This document shows, piece after piece, positions 39,901 to 51,504 of a stretch of 64,000 nt of DNA. The notes beneath the pieces were generated by a model, which saw only the letters and a list, made by a program, of their open reading frames with translations, had not been told where the DNA came from and ran no database searches. Numbering within the stretch: the stretch's first letter is position 1; each line of letters starts with the position of its first letter. The position numbers and the translations under genes are program-made. This DNA comes from Iphione sp. A-MEVVRFRX5 (taxonomy: Eukaryota), in the NCBI GenBank assembly GCA_976226885.1, contig OZ320317.1, positions 81,902,001-81,966,000 of the forward strand. The letters run 5' to 3'.

Positions 39901-42900
39901 GGCAGTGCGCGGATTACATATAAGAAAGGGGACAACTCATTTTCGAGAGCCTAACAAGATATATACACACTGGTAATGATAGAATACCTAACCTCCACAT
40001 ATATTTGTTTGCTTATTCTCCTGTAAAGATGGAATACGTACTAACCTCCGTTCGCTCCACAAGCCAAGATTGACCTTAAATATCAATTCTTTTCTTATAA
40101 GGGAACGATGGACATGTTTACTAAAGTATGCATAATCACGTCAGTAATGCAGTATATCAGTATTTTCCCATACAAAGTATGCTTTAATTTATATAACGAT
40201 ATATGGACGATGGATCAATATAGGATCTGATCTTGGTTGGTTAAATGTTTAACCTACCGCATGAAATGGCATGCATGTAAGAAAAGCTTTATTACAAATA
40301 GTGTGATGTTCTTTTATAGATATCTATCACACTCCACTTAGATATGTGATATCAGTGACAAATTCGCGACTGACAAGAAATCGAATCGGACATACAGGTA
40401 TTTCTAAAATAATTATGAATTGGGTCTGCGAAACATCCTTTCGGTATAGCAGAAGTGTGATCACAATAATCAAAGTATTAATTTAATTACTAAATTATGT
40501 GCCCAGCATAGTTTCTTAACTTAAACGTTCAATTTAAATGAAAATATTACATTCACATTTCATTACTACATGTATTTCTTTCTTAAAGCACAAATAAGCA
40601 TTGTTATCTTTGGCGCTTATTCTTTGTCCATGGCCGCAGCAAACACATTTAATTTCTGTGAGTGTTAAATCATGTGATTTTTTCCTCCACTCATTTATCT
40701 CGTTATTATCATGATTACTTGCAAACGAGGCTTAACATTGCATTTCATATCCAACGGGAAAACCTATGCATAAGTATGGTACGATGCGGTTGATACTTCA
40801 CAACCTTGCGTGTGCTAAACATGTACTTTCCTTTAATACGAAAAGTGAATAATACAACCACCTGTATCGCTGACGCGGGGTCATGTGTTATACTTCCATA
40901 TGTATACGCCTGACCTGCGAATTATACAAACCAATCATACGTGTGCGGCGGCAAGAGTCAGCGATTTTAACTCTCGTTCCACAGAAGTGTTGTCAGCTCT
41001 CCGTGTCTTAGTTTACAATGAATGGAGGAGATTAGTCACCAACAGATTCAATGTCATATACAATGGTGGGTGACTGGATATTACGTGGCGGCCATAAAGC
41101 CTCAGTGTAAGCCCTCACAATGACATTTCCTCTTCGTTTCAACCAACAATTACTTTTGCAGCACCTAATGTTGCAGGTTTCCAACAATATGTAACATCCG
41201 GCAGGTATTGATTGTGCCATCGATCACAATAGTGCACTTGTCCGGTATCCTCGCTGGTTAGTTCTCCTATTGGACTCTAGGTGACGCTCTACAATAGCAA
41301 AAGCTATGAGCCTGGCAAGTTGCTTTCGTTGTTCTTCCTTATGGCGATGTTTGGTAAGAATCGTGAAAAACACTAATGTAACCATTTCATGCTTTTATGC
41401 GAGATATTTTATTGCTCGCTTTCAGATTGGTTTTAACAGGCTAAAGGTATCGTGTTTCCAAAATTGTTTTAGAGGACCATGCTTCAACCAATGTGTGTAT
41501 AACACCAGGCATGGACATTGTATATGTACTTGGTCAAAGAAAAACACGCAGATTTACAATAATTTTAAAATAAGTCAGTCTCTTGTGGAAATCCGTTTTT
41601 TTTCACAATTAACGTTGTCCAGTCTCACTCTCTTCTCGATTGCTGGAGTCACTCAAAACATTTCCTAACTACAGATCTTGGCAGAATTATGGAAGGGTGA
41701 CTGCAACAAGGACATTTACAAAGCTGTTTGTTCAAGGAATCAGAGACAAGCTACGATGGACAGTGTCAAAGCCTTGGAACAACTATAAGTCAATTGCACA
41801 ATTGATATGTTTGTAATAGAGGAATCCGATTTGGCGTGCAGTAGACCTAAATAGCCACATCACAGTGTATAAAATATCCATCTTTTGCTGTCACACAGTC
41901 TTCTGTGACCATGAATTATCTCAGGCAGATCCATCTGCACATGGATGATATTATAGGAAAAACTCAGTAAGTTTCGACTTATATTCTTGCACAGGTTGTA
42001 CCCTCCCAATTTTGTACCGTACTGCCAATTCGTTGAGAAGCAAGGCAAGCAGCCATGCGTACACAGCGTCAGGGATGGTCACATCGGACTGCCTGGAGAG
42101 GAGGATATACAGCAGGTACAGAACGATGCAGTGAAGTAATAACGAAGAGCATGTGTCCATAAAAGGTGTGATACTGGAAAACAGAACACGTCAAGCAGAC
42201 GGAGTTGAGGGTCGTAAGGAGGGAGAAAGCGGAAAAGTAAAAAAGAGATTAGAAAAGGAGCAACCACGGTGAAGCGTAGAGTTCAGGCGTTAAGAATGAG
42301 TAAATGTAGGATAGGTATCCCTGTAGTGATGTGCCACGACTGACAAAAGTTAACATAGAGTGATACATGTATGGTATACAGGATCTCTTTTCCGGCCGGT
42401 ACAACTTATACGAACGCATTCTTTTTGTTGGAAGAATGCTTTTGTTTTAGCACACTCTATTTTGGCAGTCAAGGAAGTTGGGGAGCAAAGAACACGCTGT
42501 AACTCAGACTTACGTCCTTTGGGGGAAGTGCAGAATGTCATAAAACAACACAGCAGTATATAGTAAAACAATAACGCACAAGTCAGGTGGTATTTTTTTT
42601 TACCGTGACATAAGAAAAAAAAAGCAATCGTTAAAGTTGCGGTCGTAGATGGTTTTTGAGCTGTACATATCTGAAAGGCGACGGTGGGCCTCCCGCTGGA
42701 TGAGTGATAGACACCGTGTTTGCTGTAGGGAGATGGGCTCAGCAGTACGTAGTATTAGTAGAAAGCGGGCAATAGAATATTGAGGCGTTCGAAGTCAAAT
42801 ACTACTAAGCCAATCGGGGCAAAAGAACAGCACTTAGAATGAAAACCTGTTCGTGGTGTTTCTGTATCGATAGTGGATAGTGGGCCGTTTTGGGGAAACG

Positions 42901-42974
42901 CTGCAGGTGGAAATTCCTAGAAAAACATATCAGTATGTTAGAGTACCATTTATGTCTATGTACAAATACGTATA

Positions 42975-42975
<1 letters not shown>

Positions 42976-43006
<31 letters not shown>
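42976..43006. repeat. (CA)n microsatellite
   Basis: About 15 CA units read directly. Confidence 0.95.
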
Positions 43007-43010
<4 letters not shown>

Positions 43011-44113
43011 CGCCGGCTGGTGTGGGCTGGATGTGGCCGGTATGATTCGGCAATAGACCGTTCAACACTAGTCCCTATTCGATCGGCCCCATGTGCCTCC
43101 TACGAGCAACGTTCAGTGTTAGACACTCGGGGGATCTGTAATGCTTCTAATGCTAGAAAGCGTCTCGGTATGCACACGTGTGCCAAGGCCGACCAATGGC
43201 CAGCGAGGCACCCATGGACGGAAGTCTGTTTCTTGCCGGGATCATGGCTCATTCTAATTACCTGAAATGGATGGTTTTCCTCGGATGGCTGTGTATACTG
43301 AAACGCAATGGTACCACTCTACAGTGTTCTCTATATAACGTCTCTCTGTACATAGTGTGTCTGGTTGGTTCTTAAAGAACCTTCCCAGGATGATTTTATA
43401 ACAAGAGCGCCGTCACATTATTCTTCATATATCACTTTTGCCGACATACATGTATACGCGAAGCGCACGATCAAACCGCAGAAAAAAAGCCATTCCTCAG
43501 TCAGTCTATCATATTTAATTCAGAAGCAGAGCGGGGTATGAATCCGTTGTGTTCCGTGATTTCCCCGACACAGTCTAGACCTTTTTTTGTGCACAACCGA
43601 TGCATAATTCGAGTAAAGGTATGATATATAATTATTCGGTTCTTGAACGATACACATCCTTAAATGGCAACTGTATGGGATTCAGCACGATTAGGTACCC
43701 AAAGAGAAGTGCAAGCTCGAATTCCACCATTTAAGAAGCTGTGGTGTGAGGATGAAATATCAAGCCAGCTGGAGTGAGCACGTGAAAAAGGCAACCTGCT
43801 CTGCACTACAAAGAAAGGGATGTTTTCTTTGTCAACCTTCTATTGACGAGTTGTAGTTTGTCCCTCCCCCCTTTTTGTCGAGTTTGAAAACCATGCATTA
43901 ATGCTTTTGTAGCGTCACACCATTTGAGATGCACTTATTTTAGGGAGAATCAGAATGTCCCTTAACAACTCGGAGCAAACCACAAGTTGCCCAAAATGTT
44001 GACTGTATTTGCTTTACATACCCAGCTCAGAGCCCACGATTGTGCCTCGTGTAACTCGAGTACGTTGAACATCTATGATTGGTTTTTACTCATTAGGACG
44101 AAGGGTACAATGA

Positions 44114-44432
44114 GGCCTAAAAAATATCTGTGTTTCCGGTAACGTGTGAAAAAGGTCAGGTCGGTAGTTCATGGCATTATTTTTTAATTCTACAGAATTG
44201 TCACTCTAAAGATCGTACACATTTCTTTACAATCCTGGACTGTCAGTTCTACTGCTTAAATGTCAATCAAATGAAAGCTAAGGCCAAAAGGAATACAATG
44301 TTGTATAGCCTAAATTGTTGTCCTTATTCATTCTGAAAATATTCACAAAACAGTAAAAAATTAAACATTACAAAAAGCCAAACTGTAGGTTTGGTTGGGC
44401 TACCAGAAGCGCGGATATTTTTTCAATAGGCC
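44114..44432. mobile_element. PIF/Harbinger-like MITE, complete
   Basis: TGA|GGCCTAAAAAATATCTGTGTTTCCGGTAAC ... GCTACCAGAAGCGCGGATATTTTTTCAATAGGCC|TTA. Shares ATGAAAGC(C/T)AAGG and ATTCACAAAACA with the 33.5-kb copy. Confidence 0.75.
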
Positions 44433-45499
44433 TTATCATTCGGTTTTGATAGGGCGCAAAATATACTGTTTATCCAACGAGGGAAGATCTACAGCAAAGC
44501 AAAGTCCCCTTATATATAACTTTATGTTTACAGAACTTTATGATAATATCAACACAGAAAGACCATTCACATGAACGAAAGGCTATAATGTTAAAACGGC
44601 TAGCCTTTGTATGACGTGTGTACTCAGAAGAAACCATGGATACAAAAACCAAATCAATCTAACTTCGAGACACAAGAAGAAGGGTTGCCATTGATCATGC
44701 AGCCCAATGCTGAAACCCCTTATACAGCATAAAGGTACACGCATTCTCTCCGAGTATTAAGAGCGGCCATGCACCCCCCCCCCCCCAGGGCTGACATTCT
44801 GCGCCGTCTGGCGTCATGCGGATACATCAATCATCATCCTAAACACTGAACAACCAACATTTTGTTTTCACTAAAGTGACCACCTGACGTGCCGTCAGAA
44901 GGCTCGTCTGAAAGCTGCTCGGCGGTCTGTTACTCCCCTTCTCAATTAATGCAACCTCTTTGTGCTCTCGAATTTGCTTTTACGGTTTTCTGCCTCCTGG
45001 TCTGATTCACGACTTGCCAGGAGCCATAGTATTAGGTGCACACCCTCTGCTCAGAACAAGGAGAACCCTGGATTCTTATAGGAATTTCAGCTTTAACGTC
45101 CTTAAATTTGCATTGGAAATCAATACACTGGGACGGGTATGTCGTGTTACTGATGAATTATTCGGATCGTCGATGCTGTGCGTAACGTTCCGGAAACTTC
45201 TATTATCACGATGTCATAACATCGTAAGTTAAGGCATTTTACTTCCATTCGCCACCTCCTACGAAATCTGTTGTTGTCATATCTGGGGGAACTCTGGTGC
45301 CAGAAAGTCTCAGGTTACTGTAGGAGGGGGGTATCCGAATGACGAGCCAGGTAGAGTGTCATTTAAACTTGACGTTTAGCCCATCAGAGATGTTCTGCCT
45401 GTGTCACCTTTAAAAATGGATCAGGTAAATCCATGGCGGCAGCCAAACTTTAACGCACCAAACGTGTATAATCGACCGGTGGATAACACGCAATGTTTC

Positions 45500-45720
45500 T
45501 ATTTACCTCTCTCTCTCCCTCCCTCTTCTCCCGATGCTTCTCAGCCAAGTACCTCCGTAACGTTGGGCCTTTTTCCAGGCTCATAAATTTTCACTTCCTT
45601 TTCTTATTGTTCTTGCTTCTCCTCCAGCTGCTCGTTTTTCATCCTTTTTTTTCATTTTCCCCCATCTTTCTTCCTACCTTTTACTTCCTTTTCCTTCCCT
45701 CGTTCTTTCCCTGGTCCGTC
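45500..45720 (+). repeat. Long polypyrimidine (low-complexity) tract
   Basis: About 220 nt dominated by C and T. Confidence 0.85.
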
Positions 45721-45731
45721 CCTTGATTCAG

Positions 45732-45771
45732 CGGAACGATGATGGCCACAGGAACATCCGACGTCTCGCAG
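45732..45771 (+). other. Candidate 40-nt exon
   Basis: Follows the long pyrimidine tract; TTCAG| acceptor and CAG|GTATGA donor; contains ATGATG (MMATGTSDVSQ). Confidence 0.25.
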
Positions 45772-46282
45772 GTATGAATATTACATGACGTCCGTAGCCG
45801 TAATGACGTGTCTGTTGATGTAACGACCACGGAGCCCCATAAAGCATTATCACCACCACCAACACACACCCCCGTTCACGAGGCTCATTCGCTCGCCATG
45901 TAATTCCTATACACTTCCGAGCCATTAAAACCAATAGGCAACCATAACAAATCGCTACGTTTTCTTCTAGTTTCGCTCATTTACTCTATTGTGTATTGCA
46001 GAATGATTTTCCTGACACGAAGTACTTCGACAAATGATAGCAAACCTTGACACTCGAGGATGACAATCGAACAATTGGGAGCCCATTTACTAATTTGTCT
46101 TTCTCATTTACAAATGATTTGCATACTTTTCGAATAGGATGGTGTTTTATTGCCCCTTTCACTGACTGTTGAATACTCTAGCGACACCGATTGTATTCTG
46201 TAGTATTCCGCGAATTATGGTGTTTATTCATACCGCCGAATGAAACAAAACGAAGAGGAAAAATAAAGCCTTTTCAGCTTAC

Positions 46283-46380
46283 CTCGATGCGAAGTTTTCA
46301 GCTTCTTGCATAAATGCTGTAAGGATCCCTTCTGCCAATTTCGACAGCTGAGATGTAATCGTCACAATGCATAGCATGAG
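46283..46380 (-). other. Candidate 98-nt exon (LMLCIVTITSQLSKLAEGILTAFMQEAENFAS), product unknown
   Basis: Minus strand TTCATTTTGATGACAG| ... GAG|GTAAGC. One open frame, in phase with 47210-47371. Confidence 0.3.
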
Positions 46381-47209
46381 CTGTCATCAAAATGAATATG
46401 ATTACAATTAGATCGTAAGACCTATGTATAAATCTTTATCTCTATAGAGGGACACAACTGTGCCCTAATTAAAACGCAGACCCAGTCTAGTAGTTTAAAC
46501 TCACCTTGGTTCCTTGTTATGTTCTCTCCTTCACTGAGGTGTGATCCATGCCATGTGTACACTTCTCCTACTTGTATTATGCTACTTATGACTGGTCCAC
46601 ACATCTACACCCGACCTTTGCACTGTAATTACACCGGTGTAAATGAGCTGGTGTAAGTCAGTCCTTCATAGTAAAGATATCACAGCAGGGCTGAAACGTG
46701 GGCAAATTATACACAGGTTAACAGGGAAAGGTATACACACATCAGTAGAAAAATGGTGTGGATACACTTATTATACGATCATTAGCCCAGATCACATACA
46801 GCTACCACTGATCCATGTTATTTACCTGTTCATCCACTGCCAATGTACTTCTTCGTCACATAATTACCGAGCCTTCTCATCTCTTTAAATCGTTCATTCA
46901 CAGTCATTGCCCCCTCACGCGGCTGACTTCCTGAAGGAAAAGTCTTAAATTGTTCTTTGTCATCAGTTTAAAATTTAGAACTACTTGTATCACGATTATT
47001 TGTTTCCCCAAATGATCCAAAATATTAGACAGAGTTTTTTTTAAATACTACTGGAAAGGACTCGTGCGGCAACTGCTCATACTTGTAAGAATTAGTTTAA
47101 ACAGGGATTTAGGGGGGAAAACCTCAACCACAAAAGATGTGAATTAGGTGATGAGAATAAATCCATGACAGGATGACAGGACAGAGAAAGAGATAATCAA
47201 ACAGCTTAC

Positions 47210-47371
47210 TGACGAAATGTGTTTGCAGAAAACATGCAATTTTATTATCAATTGACTTAATATAAATTGTCCATCGTGAACAAGTATCTCCTCCTGCAGC
47301 AGTTCTGTCTCCATAGGTTGGTTGTTTGTGCTTCTGACAACGTATTTAATTAACATTCTCTCTGATGGTAT
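47210..47371 (-). other. Candidate 162-nt exon (IPSERMLIKYVVRSTNNQPMETELLQEE...KHISS), product unknown
   Basis: Minus strand TTTATCATGTCTAG| ... TCA|GTAAGC; 54 codons, phase 0-0. Confidence 0.3.
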
Positions 47372-49399
47372 CTAGACATGATAAATTTGTCCATATCTGC
47401 TGTTCTTGTCCACATGCTTACACCAAACATTTCTTACATAAAGATAACGCCTAGATCTATTTCTTTTAAACATTCCTTATAATGCATTACACCTTTTTGT
47501 TATAAGTCTCCAGAAAATTAAACAATATAATCCACAGATAGGCACTGTATATGAGAAGCATATACATCGCGGTATTTTGGGGTGGCGGAACAAGGATGGG
47601 GAAAGGAATCATTCCAATAATCGGACGGAGTCGGAGCTCTCCTGAAACAAACAACGCGATCCTTTACGTCGGTAATGTTTTCCCATGCACCGTCCACAGA
47701 GTAATCCCTTTAAGAGACGGTCTCAGTGAGCGGTCGCCCAGAGGCATTTACTATTTGCCCTCACAGGAAGACATTGTTTATGATCCAACTGCCTGATTCA
47801 TCAGACTACTCCTCCTTCCACGTGTAGTCGCATGATAGGGCCAACGTTTGTTGAGTGCAAGCGAGTTTCCTAGGGTAGATGGGTAGACCCATCCAAGTGC
47901 CAGACACAAGCCCAGGGCACATGCAATGAGCAAATGGAACAATCACATTGGGCGGTGAGCGGCTCATTACACCCCACATACGAGTAGAATAGAACCGCGT
48001 GGCATGTAGCAGCAGAGGAGGTGGAGGAGTGCGTAGACAGCAGGCGGCTGGGGGTAGGATGGAGGGGTGGGAGGGGGGGGGTCGCTGGTGTTAGGAAGAG
48101 GGTACATAAGGACTAGCTAGAGGACGCAGGGCCGTTCTCAGACAAAAAGGGCTCCTACTGCTTTCATCCCGACCAAGACTGATGGAATCCGCGCGGCAAG
48201 GAGTGAGTGGCAGTAGTAGTGCTTAGTGTGGGGTATAATGGGCCGTGTGCGTGTAGGGGACACATCTCTCTCAGTTGCCTCCCTCCTATTCCCAACCTGA
48301 CCTCTCTCTCCTCGCTTTCTTGAACTAGCCGAAACCCACTCACACACACACCCGGCCAATATAGGTCCCATCATTCCGAGAGTACTTTACTCTTAACCCC
48401 CCTCCCCCCTCGTCAGGAAGGTCCATCGCATCTGAAGGATTTTATACTCCTTTCTACCCCCCCCCAAACTACCGCACAATACATCGCCCTATGATCATTC
48501 CAATCCCCTCCTCCAGGCGAGTTAATTCACCTTAGCGACAACAGATGACACTTATCTGCTGCAGGGGCCTATACAGCTGCGCAGCCACCTAGGCCGAGGC
48601 TGGCATCCATGGATATTCTGTCTCCCATCTCACGGAATTCTTACCGCCGTTGTTTTATCAGCATCCATCTATCTGACTGCCGGTAGATCCTACTTGGTTC
48701 ATGCCTACCTAAATACTTCCATACTTTCTATTTGCATTGTTGTTCCCTTGATCTCCATGCAGTACTTAGCGATAAGGGAGAGTATATAAAGAGCATACTT
48801 TATTTAAGATTCTATTTTCTGAATGTGTTCCTCTGCATATATACGAAAATTAGTGAATATACGAACTGATATAAATAAACTTATATACATATCATTTTTA
48901 ATTCATATTTTCCCTTCTTTATGTCATTAGGAGGTTCCGGTGGCCCAGGTGCCATGTCTAATTAAGTATATTCCACCACCGATATGCAATTGCAACAAGG
49001 AAATGGCGGGCCACATATGAACGTATTTCATCTCGTCTTCCTCCCTAGACCCATTCTGTTTATACCGTCTTTATCACGTCCTCTATTTTACGCCTTAACT
49101 GTAAATGTCATGTAAATACTTAGATCTGTACATAAATAATCTGCATCATAGGTACCCCATATATTGACATACGTGCGATTCATAATACAATTGCATACAA
49201 CTGGTTTTTTTTCATCACCCGTATGAAAAGAAAATATATATCCACTCCCTTCGTAACACCTGCGACCTCTATGGGTCTGTCCTTCCCATCTATCCACCCC
49301 ACCTCCCACCCCCACCTCCTTCTCCGTTCTCCTCCTGTGCCGCAGAGTCTTTTCTTCTCTGGTCTTGACGTGTTGTTGAGTGTCTACATTTCAGACACT

Positions 49400-49800
49400 A
49401 GACCGTCTCGCATCTGCGCCCACGCCCCCGTTACCGCTAGTGCGGCGGCGACTGCCTGCCCAACCCAGCCCGTCCCTCCTCTTCCTCCACCACCTCCTCC
49501 TCCACGTTTTCCGAGTGATCATTTCCGGCGGGGTAATCTGGCCGCTGGCAGCTAGCGGCGAGCGGCGTGGGCCACCACGCGCGGGCCTGAGCAGTTTACA
49601 CGTCCCTTCTCGGAGGCCACAATGCGTCTCTGAGCCATCTGTCTTCCATACGGCGGACGGTAGCGGGCCGCGATCGGCGGCGGCGGCGGCGGCCAGAAGC
49701 AGAAAACGCCGGCGGCAAAGGCGACCTCCGTTGGTGTTCATTGGGTGCATTCACACCTCCCTCCTGCACTCTGCGGGCCAAGGAGAGCATCATTGGACGC
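49400..49800. promoter_or_regulatory. GC/CpG-rich island with (GGC)n and (CCT)n runs
   Basis: Much higher GC and CpG density than the flanks; (GGC) run near 49676-49693. The overlapping ORFs on both strands are explained by composition. Confidence 0.4.
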
Positions 49801-51390
49801 AAAAAAAAAGAAAACGTGAGAATAACACAGGAGGCGAGATCTCTGTATTCTCGTAAAGGTGTTGGCACTGACTCTACTGGCAATGGAAACTACCCCAGCC
49901 GCGGATGAAATTTCCATTTTCGTACGTGCGAATATTATTATGATTGTAACTTAATACCAACTGCTGCATCGAGAATAAAATGAAAACAAACCAAATAAAG
50001 AGTCGAATGTACTTTGCGCAGAATTCTGACTATATAGTAGATAAAATGGTGAGTGGCAACTTCCAATTATATCTGACGCAAGGTGCGTCTTCAAAGGGAA
50101 CGCTGGGCACTTTCAGGCACGCAGGTTATAATGGTGCCCTGAAAACATACGTGCAGGTCCTCTTTGTAGATGGATTAAGGCTTAATTGTTGTATGCTATT
50201 ACATTGGCCTTCGGAAGATAGTATTTCCGTTTCTGTTGTTAGATAGACACAGCTTTAAATTTATAGATAGAACGAGTTCGGTAATATATTTACAAAGGCA
50301 TGGATGATCCAATTCGAGAATTCCCACATGGGGTTGTTATGCCTCTGAATGAGTATAGAACTGTGAAAGCGAACGCAATATAAAAGAGAGAGGCAGAGCA
50401 AAGTGAAGGGTGGAAGGAAGGCGCGAATAACGTAGTGGTATTTCCTGAGAAAGTCTGTGACAGTGGGCAATCAACCATCTCATGATTACGTTGAAACAGA
50501 GCAGTTTGTATGACCCAACCAAATGTAAGAAAGCTGAAAGATATAGGATTGAAATGAAGCATCAGGCAGATGCCATGTAAGAGAAAGGGAAGCAAACGGT
50601 CTGCCGGGCAAACAATGCTCTAATCGACAAGCTAAGTGTAACTAGTAGTTGAGGTATCTTTATTTGCTGTTCCATAGTTTCCAATTGCATAGTTTTCATA
50701 GTTCAATTTCATAGTTACCATCGCCAGCCGCATATCCCGCTGTTCCCTCGCCTTAGGAGCGAGAATATAGGACTGACCAAGCGTTAGAAGCCAGTTACAG
50801 TCGACCAGCCCCCTCTGTCGTTGATCTCAGCGTTCCGACTCCAGCCAAGGGCATTATGGATACGTTATTGTGTGGGATATGAAGGTCAACTGAAGGTCAC
50901 AGCCACTTCAAGTCGCGGCCATTCTCGCGTTGTGGAGATAATCATCCAATACCAATAGTCACCGGCCCAGTCCTAAAAAGGTCGATCCCCAGCCGTTGTC
51001 CTTGACCGTACGGGCTTTATGCATTATACTCTCTGCGAGGAAAAGACAATGCTTGGAAAGACTTCATCAAATTGCCTCTATGTTAACAGGAATTTTTCCA
51101 AAGTGCGCTTGCCGGTACACAACCTACCATATCAAAACGTAACGCTTACTTTGCTACCCCATTGCCTTTATTATGGCATAAACAGGAATTCAGTAATCGT
51201 CGATGGGAGGAAAGGAGACAGCGCCCCTTAATGAATTTTAACTAACAAAGTGCGCATTTACATGTAGAGTGCAGGTGGTGTTTCCTAAAGACATACGCAG
51301 TGAGTGAAAATACACGCAGCACAGCCGGCCTATGATGTATAATAGGCGAACATTGGTGATGCCTGGTAAACATCGTTCTTTGTTCTCTAG

Positions 51391-51504
51391 GCGATGCTAG
51401 TCTTGGGGTGCGATTCGGGTGAAAGTCTTTGGGGTTTCGGGTGGTGGAGGACGAGTTATCTATGCTCCCCGGAGTGCTTTGTGGTACTGCAGCGGCGTCC
51501 CGAG
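51391..51504 (+). other. Candidate 114-nt exon, product unknown
   Basis: CGTTCTTTGTTCTCTAG acceptor and GAG|GTAAGG donor; 38 codons open in phase 0 (AMLVLGCDSGESLWGFGWW...RRPE). Confidence 0.3.

Noticed and set aside
49391-49750. Twin-arginine (Tat) signal peptide CRRRFLLLAAAAAA
   Set aside because: It arises from the (GCC)n run in a GC-rich island, the rest of the ORF is low complexity, and the context is animal-like.
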